A program made the translations under genes and the position numbers. This document shows, in pieces, positions 26,002-32,000 of a stretch of 32,000 bases of DNA. Within the stretch, counting starts at the first letter, position 1. Each line of letters begins with the position of its first letter. The notes beneath the pieces were generated by a model. It made no database searches. It worked only from the letters and a program-made list of their open reading frames with translations, and was not told the origin of the DNA. The DNA lies in contig JAZDKC010000033.1 in assembly GCA_043803465.1 (NCBI GenBank), forward strand, positions 18,085 to 50,084. Reading direction: 5' to 3'. The DNA comes from Candidatus Micrarchaeota archaeon (GTDB taxonomy: Archaea > Micrarchaeota > Micrarchaeia > Norongarragalinales > SBBD01).

Positions 26002-26138
26002 TTTATTCGCCACGGCTCAATATGCATCATTTCCGGCTTGAAACCTTACGTCTGCGACGGGGGATAAACCCCCTCGACCAGACTGGTCGTCCCCTTTATT
26101 CACCACGGCTCAATATGCATCATTTCCGGCTTGAAACC
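26002..26138 (-). repeat. direct duplication (period 93 bp) of the FNR-like gene 3' end, with hairpin-containing spacer
   Basis: 26010-26045 equals 26103-26138 exactly (36 nt). The stop TGA (26100-26102, plus-strand tca) is CGA in the downstream copy (26007-26009, plus-strand tcg). The spacer 26046-26094 carries GGGGG-ataaa-CCCCC (26059-26073) and the palindrome cgaccag-a-ctggtcg (26075-26089). Confidence 0.9.
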
Positions 26139-26846
26139 AACCTGCGGCAGGATGGTTTTCACATCCTCAACCATCTTAGGGTTTCCGCAGATGAAAACAT
26201 CCGTTTCTTCCGGATGCTCGAATGGGTAGGCCGGGAAGAAATCATGGAAAATCGCGACCCTGCTGTTCCAATCTTCCCTTCCGGCATCCGTTATTGTGGG
26301 CTCGAGCTTGAAATTGGGGTATTTTTTTGCGAGTTCCTCCAGTTCATCCTTGAAAATGTACACGTCCGGGTTCTTGAAGCCGAAGAAAAGGGAAATGGGG
26401 ATTATCGAACCATCGTTGAGCAATGCGCGAATATGGCTGATCAGGGGTGCGACGCCCGTGCCCGTGCAAACAAACATCAGCCTCTTTGGGTTGGGAATCA
26501 TGGTAAACACGCCAAAAGGTCCCCGAATATTGATTATTGAGCCCACATTGCAGCAATCCTTCAAATGGTGCGTGAATCCGGGCGTGTCTAGGAGGCGGAT
26601 GGAAAATTCCAAATACCCTGCTTGAAACGGTGCCGAAGCGATCGAATAAGAGGACCATTTCAGGAGATCGGGGTTGCCCCTCAGGGGAAAATCATCCATT
26701 GAGAGCTGGCAGAACTGGCCTGCCTTGTACTGGAAATCGATGCCTTTGGGGATCTTGAGCTTGTAGATGCGGGAGTGCGGTTCCGGGGAGACGCGCTTGT
26801 CGACGTAATCCCGCATCTCGAGCACTTCGGCCTTGAATTCCAGCAT
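26100..26846 (-). CDS. FNR-like FAD/NAD(P)-binding oxidoreductase (ferredoxin-NADP reductase / hydrogenase gamma-subunit-like, no Fe-S cysteine motif)
   Basis: FAD-binding YKAGQFCQL...SYSIASAP. NAD(P) motif MFVCTGTGVAPLISHI. C-terminus ICGNPKMVEDV. ATG at 26846 is preferred over the track's TTG at 26873. Confidence 0.85.
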   Translation of the reverse strand: MLEFKAEVLEMRDYVDKRVSPEPHSRIYKLKIPKGIDFQYKAGQFCQLSMDDFPLRGNPDLLKWSSYSIASAPFQAGYLEFSIRLLDTPGFTHHLKDCCNVGSIINIRGPFGVFTMIPNPKRLMFVCTGTGVAPLISHIRALLNDGSIIPISLFFGFKNPDVYIFKDELEELAKKYPNFKLEPTITDAGREDWNSRVAIFHDFFPAYPFEHPEETDVFICGNPKMVEDVKTILPQVGFKPEMMHIEPW

Positions 26847-26930
26847 AATAAAATCGGATGTATTACCCTGCAACCATTTAAAAAAATGACGTTGAGAAGG
26901 ATAGTAAAGGCAAAATGCAATTGATGCATC

Positions 26931-27317
26931 ATGATGATGAATAAAATATTAGTATTCGGCAATCCCCTGGTCCCTGAAGACAGCACACCAATCAAAATTC
27001 TTCCTAAGCTGCAAAAGGCGTTCCCGGGCATCGAGTTCAAAGAGCTCGATGCAGCAGAACAGGTGGAAGATGAGGGGAAAAACCTGGTAATAATTGATTC
27101 TGTTTCTGGCATAAATAAAATAGAAGTGATTGAAGACCTGAATTCCATCCAGCTCCAAAAAATATACTCGATGCACGATTTTGATTTGGGGATTACATTG
27201 AAGCTGCTAAAGAAGATGGGCAGGATTGATTCGGTAATGATTTTCGGCGTTCCGCTGAAGTATCCGGAAAGGGAAGCGTATAGGGAATTATGCGAAAAAA
27301 TCAGAAAGCTTTCTTAA
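26931..27317 (+). CDS. [NiFe]-hydrogenase maturation endopeptidase (HycI/HybD family)
   Basis: ILVFGNPLVPEDS, LVIIDSV and SMHDFDL give the Asp/Asp/His metal-ligand pattern. The length (128 aa) is typical of hydrogenase C-terminal processing proteases. Confidence 0.8.
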   Translation: MMMNKILVFGNPLVPEDSTPIKILPKLQKAFPGIEFKELDAAEQVEDEGKNLVIIDSVSGINKIEVIEDLNSIQLQKIYSMHDFDLGITLKLLKKMGRIDSVMIFGVPLKYPEREAYRELCEKIRKLS

Positions 27318-27326
27318 ACCTCGGGT

Positions 27327-28604
27327 TTACTTCCACTTGACTTTCAAGAAATGCGTCGCGCAGCTCATGCAGGGGTCGTATGCGCGGATCAGCTTCTCGA
27401 TCTCGAATTCGAGCTCCTCCTTTGGCTTGTGGAGGTTCTCCTCCACCAGCTTCTTGATGTCGAAGCCCATGTTCACCTGGTTCTGCGCAGTCGGAATTAC
27501 GAGCTCGACCTCCTTGATCTTGCCGTATTCATCCACCTCGACGTGATAAAACAGGGTGCCGCGGGGCGCTTCAATGGCAGCAACTCCGATGCCCTGCTGC
27601 GGCTTCACTTGCACTGGCGTTTCTTGTTTGAAATCCGTTGTCTCAAGCAACTCGACTGCATGGTCAATACTATGCAATGTTTCAATTGTCTGAGCGAGAT
27701 TGTTCTTGTAAATATCGTTCGTAGGGAAAACGGAAATGAAACTTGAGGCATCCCTTTTCGTATCCTTGTGGAGCGCATCCTTTTTGAGGTTCATCCGTGG
27801 AAGCGAGCCCACCATGTATTCCTTCCCCCTGAACTGGAATCCAACGGAAGTGGAGTACGGAATCACAACCCTCTGCAAATGCCATAAATAATGCGATTTG
27901 GACACCGGAATGCCCTCGGAGTTGATTATCTCGTCGCCCAAATAGCTGAAATCCTTGTTACCGGAGCAAACATACCTCGTATCCCGCTTGAATGTGAAGT
28001 CGCAATCCTTGTAGATTTGCATCAAATCAAAAAGCGGCTCCCTTGCTGCCTTTAATTCGGCAATAACTTGTTTTGTTTTTTCCTTGCCTGGAATTTGCGC
28101 GTGCCCGCCAACAATTGGAAAGGTCGCATGAATTGATTTTCCCGCAACAAGCTTGCTCAAATTGTTGCCAGCCGCCTTAACCTGGAATGCCTGGTCCACC
28201 AGCTCATGATGGTCGTCAACGAATTCAAGAATTGAGTCCTTCCGAAACACATCCGGAAGCGAAAAAAGGTACAGGTGCATGGCATGATCCCGGACATACA
28301 TGCCGTGCGCAGTAAGCTTCCGGAGGATGCGGGTTTGATCCGAAACCTCCACCTTCAATGCGTTTTCAACAGCCTCTGTGCAGCAAAGGAGGTGGGCGAT
28401 GCTGCAAGTGCCGCAAATGCGCGAGACTATCTGGGGGACATTCAATGCGGGCTTGCCCCGGACAGCCTGTGCGTAAAAACGTTTTTGCTCGGTGATTTTG
28501 AGTTCGACATCCTGGACTTCATCGCCCCTGACCTTCAGGCTTAGGGACGCATGGCCCTCTATTTTGCTTATTGCCTCCAAATCAATGTCGAAGTCTTGAT
28601 GCAT
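27327..28604 (-). CDS. [NiFe]-hydrogenase large (catalytic) subunit, group 3-like
   Basis: N-terminal KIEGH and RICGTCSIAH (RxCGxCxxxH). C-terminal DPCMSCATH followed by a short cleavable tail FLKVKWK. ATG at 28604 (MHQDFDIDLEAISKIEGH). The track's 25-codon N-terminal extension runs through the duplicated region and is probably not translated. Confidence 0.92.
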   Translation of the reverse strand: MHQDFDIDLEAISKIEGHASLSLKVRGDEVQDVELKITEQKRFYAQAVRGKPALNVPQIVSRICGTCSIAHLLCCTEAVENALKVEVSDQTRILRKLTAHGMYVRDHAMHLYLFSLPDVFRKDSILEFVDDHHELVDQAFQVKAAGNNLSKLVAGKSIHATFPIVGGHAQIPGKEKTKQVIAELKAAREPLFDLMQIYKDCDFTFKRDTRYVCSGNKDFSYLGDEIINSEGIPVSKSHYLWHLQRVVIPYSTSVGFQFRGKEYMVGSLPRMNLKKDALHKDTKRDASSFISVFPTNDIYKNNLAQTIETLHSIDHAVELLETTDFKQETPVQVKPQQGIGVAAIEAPRGTLFYHVEVDEYGKIKEVELVIPTAQNQVNMGFDIKKLVEENLHKPKEELEFEIEKLIRAYDPCMSCATHFLKVKWK

Positions 28605-28608
28605 GGAA

Positions 28609-28737
28609 TCACGCTTGCGGTTTAACCCCAAACTCCGCCAAATATTTGTCGAGTACTTGTAAAAATTTCGCCTTGACACCTCTAGGGAGGATATCCTCCC
28701 TACGCGTGTCGCCCCTACCCTCCTTAATTTGATTCAT
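28609..28737 (-). CDS. 42-codon ORF created by the duplication: MNQIKEGRGDTRREDILPRGVKAKFLQVLDKYLAEFGVKPQA (new gene or pseudogene remnant of the small-subunit C-terminus)
   Basis: The ATG overlaps the small-subunit TAA as TAATG (28739-28735). The frame is open to the TGA at 28611-28609, which sits 4 nt before the large-subunit ATG. The last 20 codons re-encode the small-subunit tail. Confidence 0.3.
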   Translation of the reverse strand: MNQIKEGRGDTRREDILPRGVKAKFLQVLDKYLAEFGVKPQA

Positions 28738-28792
28738 TATTTCACACCGAATTCCACCAAATACTTGTCGAGTACTTGTAAAAATTTCGCCT
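28621..28792 (-). repeat. direct duplication (period 119 bp) of the hydrogenase small-subunit 3' end
   Basis: 28646-28673 equals 28765-28792 exactly (28 nt) and similarity continues to the stop. The 17 shared codons show 5 synonymous third-position differences and 1 replacement (V to A). Confidence 0.9.
28675..28724 (-). repeat. two-tier hairpin element plus C-rich tail, copy 2 (homologous to 17943-17993)
   Basis: gacac-ctc-tagggaggat|atcctcccta-cgc-gtgtc. This is a perfect 20-bp palindrome (28683-28702) inside 5-bp outer arms with a 3x3 internal loop, followed by gcccctaccctcct. Confidence 0.85.
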
Positions 28793-29216
28793 CATCCAGG
28801 GGGCAGCCCGGAACCATGTCCTCAACAGTTATTATTTGCGGAATTGAAAGCACTTTATCAAGCTGGTGGAATTTATCCACTAAAAATTGGATTTCCTTCC
28901 TGGTTTCCTCGTTGAAGAAGTTTCGCTGCCCTGCGGGAAGGCCAGTGCATGCGCAGCTTCCTATTGCCACCACTTTTTTTGAATTCGCCCGTATTTCAAG
29001 GACCTTCTGCCTGTCCTTTTCCGATGAGACCGCACCCTCTATGAACGCGACATCGATGTCCTTCAATTCGTTCTTCGTCTTCAGGATCCTTGCGTACTTG
29101 AAATCGATCTGCTGCACCCATTCCTTGTAGTGGTCATTCATCATCTCAACAAAAATTATGGAGGAATCCTCGCAGCAGCTGAACGAGAAAAGGCCTACCT
29201 TCAATTTATTCCCCAT
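28737..29216 (-). CDS. [NiFe]-hydrogenase small subunit (short, NuoB-like, proximal [4Fe-4S] only)
   Basis: The four cluster cysteines sit in the NuoB/HoxY pattern: FSCCEDS, GSCACTG and VPGCPL. The protein is 159 aa. Confidence 0.85.
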   Translation of the reverse strand: MGNKLKVGLFSFSCCEDSSIIFVEMMNDHYKEWVQQIDFKYARILKTKNELKDIDVAFIEGAVSSEKDRQKVLEIRANSKKVVAIGSCACTGLPAGQRNFFNEETRKEIQFLVDKFHQLDKVLSIPQIITVEDMVPGCPLDEAKFLQVLDKYLVEFGVK

Positions 29217-29333
29217 ATCCTAGATCACTGATTTGAGACGCGAAAAACGCAAAACTCACAACGTATAAAGCCGCAGACTTTTTTAACCTTCTTGAATTAA
29301 CCATCACGTGGGTTGGAAGCACCGGTGATTTGG

Positions 29334-30272
29334 ATGGATGAGGGGAAGGGCATTTTATTCGCATTTATCGCCGCGGTCGTCAGCGGCATTTCCGTGTTCG
29401 TCAACGGTTTTGCGGTGAAGGGATTCGAGCCCATTGCGTTTGCCGCATTGAAGGGCGCGGCAGTTGCAATAATGCTTATTGCCGCCATCTTCATGTTCAA
29501 GGAAAGGGAAAAATTGCTTAAATTGCCACCTTCACAATGGGGATGGCTGGCGTTGATCGGCATAGTCGGCGGAAGTGTGCCGTTTGTCCTATTTTTCCAG
29601 GGTTTGAGCATGATACCTGCAATAAAAGGCTCGTTCCTATTCAGGCTTCTATTCATATTTTCAGCGATATTCGCAATGCTGATTTTGAAGGAAAGGCTTT
29701 CAAAAAAGGCCGCATTAGGCGCAGGAATTGCCCTATTTGGGAATGCATTGCTTTTAGGGAATGAAAATATCCTTTCTTTCGGGGCGGGAGAGGCATTGGT
29801 CTTGGCAGCAACTGCAATTTGGGGTTTTGAGTACGTGCTCTCAAAATGGGTCATCAACTCCAGGCACATCGAACCTAGATTAGTAGGATTTGGAAGGATG
29901 TTCTTTGGAATGCTGGCGATTTTCGCATATTTGGCAGCAATTGGAAAACTTTCCACTATTTCCACGCTTTCCTTTGTTCATTGGGAATGGGTTGCCATCA
30001 CATCCATTTTCCTATTCTTTTTCGTTTCAAGCTGGTATGTTTCATTGAAATACGCAAAAGCTACTGTTGCTACGGCCATCCTGACCCTCGGCGGGCCCAT
30101 ATCTGCAGCACTCAATTACTTTTTCCTGGGGAAGGCGCCGACAATAATGGATGGGGCGGGGCTTTTGCTGATCACATTGGGCATTTTTGCCATTGTGGGC
30201 TACGGGCAGATGGCCAGGCTGCCGGAAAGCGCGATTAATGAGCTCAGGAAGTTGAATGCATGGAAGGCGTAG
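29334..30272 (+). CDS. EamA/DMT-family transporter
   Basis: Ten hydrophobic helices in two EamA-like halves (e.g. FRLLFIFSAIFAMLILKERLSKKAALGAGIALFGNALLL). ATG at 29334 is preferred over the track's TTG at 29313. Confidence 0.8.
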   Translation: MDEGKGILFAFIAAVVSGISVFVNGFAVKGFEPIAFAALKGAAVAIMLIAAIFMFKEREKLLKLPPSQWGWLALIGIVGGSVPFVLFFQGLSMIPAIKGSFLFRLLFIFSAIFAMLILKERLSKKAALGAGIALFGNALLLGNENILSFGAGEALVLAATAIWGFEYVLSKWVINSRHIEPRLVGFGRMFFGMLAIFAYLAAIGKLSTISTLSFVHWEWVAITSIFLFFFVSSWYVSLKYAKATVATAILTLGGPISAALNYFFLGKAPTIMDGAGLLLITLGIFAIVGYGQMARLPESAINELRKLNAWKA

Positions 30273-31009
30273 AGCTTGCTGCGAGGTTCGGGAGCATCAC
30301 CAACAATCTCAAGTACTGCGGACCATCGGATTTTCAGACCAAATTCGCGAAATATCTCGGGGAAAAAAATGAACCGAACAGGCAGGCACTCGAGGGGGCG
30401 GTTTCAGGATTTGAAGCGCAGTACCCGTATCTGAAATTGATAGCAGATTCAAATCATTTGCGCCCATTTGATTACACAGTTGCTGAGGCATTCTGGCTGG
30501 GGAATGAATTGCTGGAGAACGTCAGCAGGGATCGGATTGCGCAAACAATAATGCAGGGTCTGACCGGTTTAGGGAAAATGCACATCGAACGTGCAGAAAA
30601 ATTGGCTAAAAACCTGCCCGAAAGGATTGTTCCGCATCATTCGTTCCACGTATACTACATCAAATTCATCACTGGAAGGGTGAAATGGACGCCTGGAAAT
30701 GCGGACAAATGCAGGGTCCCGTTTGGGAAAATCGTCGAGCTTGAGAGGACCGGGGATGCCGCGACCGCTCTATATTCCCCAATAGTTGTTGAGAATGGAA
30801 AATTCGTGTTCGGAAAAAAAATTGATGCTACGATTGGTTTGAAGGTGGGAAAAATTCGGCTGCCGGAGGATGTTTCCGTTGGGGACTGGGTCGCGTTCCA
30901 TTGGGATGCTGCAGTATGGAAATTGGCGGATAGGGAAAGGGCCAACCTGGAAAAAAATACAAAAAGAAACCTGGATGCGATAAATAATGGATGTATCGCA
31001 GCCCCGTGA
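30260..31009 (+). CDS. conserved hypothetical protein with a HypC/HupF-like C-terminal domain
   Basis: The N-terminus ARFGSITNNLKYCGP resembles an uncharacterised family I recall but cannot verify. The C-terminal part KCRVPFGKIVEL...VSVGDWVAFHWDAAVWKLADRERANL parallels HypC (MCxxxPGxV...GDWVLVHVGFA...EA). It overlaps the upstream gene by 13 nt. Confidence 0.5.
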   Translation: MEGVELAARFGSITNNLKYCGPSDFQTKFAKYLGEKNEPNRQALEGAVSGFEAQYPYLKLIADSNHLRPFDYTVAEAFWLGNELLENVSRDRIAQTIMQGLTGLGKMHIERAEKLAKNLPERIVPHHSFHVYYIKFITGRVKWTPGNADKCRVPFGKIVELERTGDAATALYSPIVVENGKFVFGKKIDATIGLKVGKIRLPEDVSVGDWVAFHWDAAVWKLADRERANLEKNTKRNLDAINNGCIAAP

Positions 31010-31103
31010 GGACTTCCTGAATGCTGTGCGCCCTCCAATTCGCGGGTTAATGCTACAACTGTCTTGAGGTTTCCTCCGGCCCTACGGGTTTATTGGAAAA
31101 AGC

Positions 31104-32000
31104 CTACGGCCCCTTCCTTTTCTTCCGCTTGCCTTTCATGAACTTTGCGTATGCTACGTAGCCCACGACTATGAGCACGGCGACGAGCAATATCCAGAAC
31201 GTGTTATCCAATTTGGATGCACGCATCCTGCTCCTGACCTTCACAAGCAGCTCGTTCGTCCTTGCCCTCGCATCCTCAATGACCGATCTTGCATTGCTAT
31301 CCTGCTCCTTTTCCAATAGGTCGATTGACTGCTCGACCATATTCTCGATTTCTGTTGTGTCCTCTCCGGACTGCTTGATCTCGTCGATTTGCGGCTCTAT
31401 CTCGTTCACCACGGAAAGCACCGCAAAACCTATTGGGCCAAGCGAGCCTCTCTTCAATTTCCTCAGGGTCTTGAACTGATATTGCGCTGAGGTAGTGCAT
31501 AGGCCGTTCGCGCAACTCTTCACGTAATACTGATAAACTGTATTTGGAAGGAGCGAACTAAGCGATAATCCGTGTGAAAGCTGAAGTGAGGCATCGTATT
31601 TTTCGAGAGTCATCGTTGTTTTCCCATATTTTGCGTAGGAATCGGAAGGTATGTCGGCGATCCAGGTGATTACTGCCGATGTCTGCGTTATGCTCGTTGC
31701 TTTCACCTGGGTGATTATCGGCGCGTTGTAAGCGGGGCCGACGGAAGCGGATGGAGATGGAATAATTGTCGATGTGGGAGTGAGGGTGTAAGTAATCGTA
31801 ACCGTCGGGGTCGAGGTAATTGTGGGGGTCGGAGTCGGCGTCTGGGTGGGTGTTGCGGAAGGCGTCGGAGTCGGCGTCTGGGTGGGTGTTGCGGAAGGCG
31901 TCGGAGTCGGTGTAGGCGTCGGCGTAAGGGTTATTGTGGGGCTGGGCGTAGGCGTGATCGTAGCAGTAGGGCTCGGCGAAGGCCAGGGGGTCGGCGAAAC
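31104..32000 (-). CDS. surface protein, partial (5' end beyond window): Pro/Thr-rich linker, FN3-like domain, coiled segment, C-terminal TM anchor
   Basis: The frame stays open upstream of the track's GTG (31706) to the window edge, reading ...TPTPTPSATPTQTPTPTPSATPTQTPTPTPTITSTPTVTI.... The FN3-like block is ITQTSAVITWIADIPSDSYAKYGKT...LSSLLPNTVYQYYVKS. The C-terminal anchor is FWILLVAVLIVVGYVAYA plus KFMKGKRKKRKGP. Confidence 0.7.
   Translation of the reverse strand, partial: VSPTPWPSPSPTATITPTPSPTITLTPTPTPTPTPSATPTQTPTPTPSATPTQTPTPTPTITSTPTVTITYTLTPTSTIIPSPSASVGPAYNAPIITQVKATSITQTSAVITWIADIPSDSYAKYGKTTMTLEKYDASLQLSHGLSLSSLLPNTVYQYYVKSCANGLCTTSAQYQFKTLRKLKRGSLGPIGFAVLSVVNEIEPQIDEIKQSGEDTTEIENMVEQSIDLLEKEQDSNARSVIEDARARTNELLVKVRSRMRASKLDNTFWILLVAVLIVVGYVAYAKFMKGKRKKRKGP
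31831..31910 (-). repeat. 36-bp in-frame tandem repeat (2.2 copies) encoding TPTPTPSATPTQ
   Basis: ggagtcggcgtctgggtgggtgttgcggaaggcgtc at 31831-31866 is repeated exactly at 31867-31902, with a partial third copy at 31903-31910. Confidence 0.85.

Noticed and set aside
25585-26013. 142-aa minus-strand ORF spanning the small-ORF region and running antisense through the wHTH regulator gene
   Set aside because: Most of it is antisense to a well-supported gene. It lacks an SD. The 23-codon ORF in another frame has a perfect GAGGTG-N6-ATG and fits the duplication evidence.
25941-26540. 199-aa plus-strand ORF across the duplication and antisense to the FNR-like gene
   Set aside because: It is antisense to a gene with clear FAD/NAD(P) motifs. 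Its apparent internal repeat (SPRLNMHHFRLET x2) is just the reverse-frame reading of the duplicated gene end.
28605-28679. 25-codon N-terminal extension of the hydrogenase large subunit in the ORF track (MSRRNFYKYSTNIWRSLGLNRKRDS...)
   Set aside because: It starts at a GTG inside the duplicated small-subunit tail, in a different frame from that tail. The conserved large-subunit N-terminus begins at the ATG at 28604 (MHQDFDIDLEAISKIEGH).
28675-28710. Bulge-helix-bulge archaeal intron, or a K-turn, within the hydrogenase operon hairpin
   Set aside because: The structure has a symmetric 3x3 internal loop, not two 3-nt bulges separated by a 4-bp helix. No tandem G-A or C/D box pattern is present. 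The 119-nt and 83-nt periods are not multiples of three.
28621-28792. CRISPR-like repeat-spacer-repeat unit or ectopic spacer integration
   Set aside because: Each locus has only two repeat copies. The repeats are gene-specific coding sequence. The 'spacers' at two loci are homologous to each other, which random protospacers would not be. No cas genes are present.
31063-31113. Short repeat of cctacgg around the surface-protein stop, as a fourth gene-end duplication
   Set aside because: Only 7-8 nt are shared, too short to distinguish from chance. I mention it only as a weak candidate relative of the hairpin element (gagg-ttt-cctc plus ccctacggg).

Overview
Gene-dense, archaeal-looking chromosomal window. 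Evidence for archaeal origin: an archaeal-type AlaRS with an N-terminal C..CG..FW block, a geranylgeranyl reductase, a presenilin/SPP homologue, GGTG/GAGGTG Shine-Dalgarno motifs and oligo-T terminators. This fits a small-genome archaeon, but lineage cannot be fixed from the sequence alone. Content from left to right: partial TspO; a hypothetical protein; an MsrQ/YedZ-like heme membrane protein; a membrane-tethered wHTH regulator divergent from a MacB/LolD-type ABC exporter operon (ATPase, CARDB/S-layer-like surface protein, FtsX permease); a small lipoprotein; an EamA transporter; an orphan PEP-utilizing swivel-domain protein; a 1265-aa SF1 helicase fused to a Vsr/DUF559-like nuclease; two small hypotheticals; alaS; an unusual RelA/SpoT-family synthetase-fold protein with a TGS-like domain; geranylgeranyl reductase; a small membrane protein plus presenilin homologue; nnrD; a copper operon (cupredoxin-like, CopZ, HMA-fused Gly/Met-rich membrane protein, CopA) with a palindromic operator region and a second membrane-tethered wHTH regulator; a [NiFe]-hydrogenase cluster (FNR-like oxidoreductase, maturation protease, large and small subunits); a second EamA transporter; a protein with a HypC-like C-terminal domain; and a partial PT-repeat/FN3 surface protein. 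The least expected signal is not in the ORF track. At three minus-strand genes (GGR, FNR-like oxidoreductase, hydrogenase small subunit) the last 44-53 nt of the gene is duplicated just downstream, and the two copies are separated by a G/C-arm hairpin element. The GGR and hydrogenase elements are about 80% identical over about 50 nt, with a compensatory change in the outer stem. The duplicated gene ends differ almost only at synonymous third positions. Two of these events separate a gene from its former downstream partner. One partner is a 23-codon Lys-rich ORF ending in CCGCC with a perfect SD; the other is the hydrogenase large subunit. No rRNA, tRNA, CRISPR array or recognisable transposase or integrase was seen.
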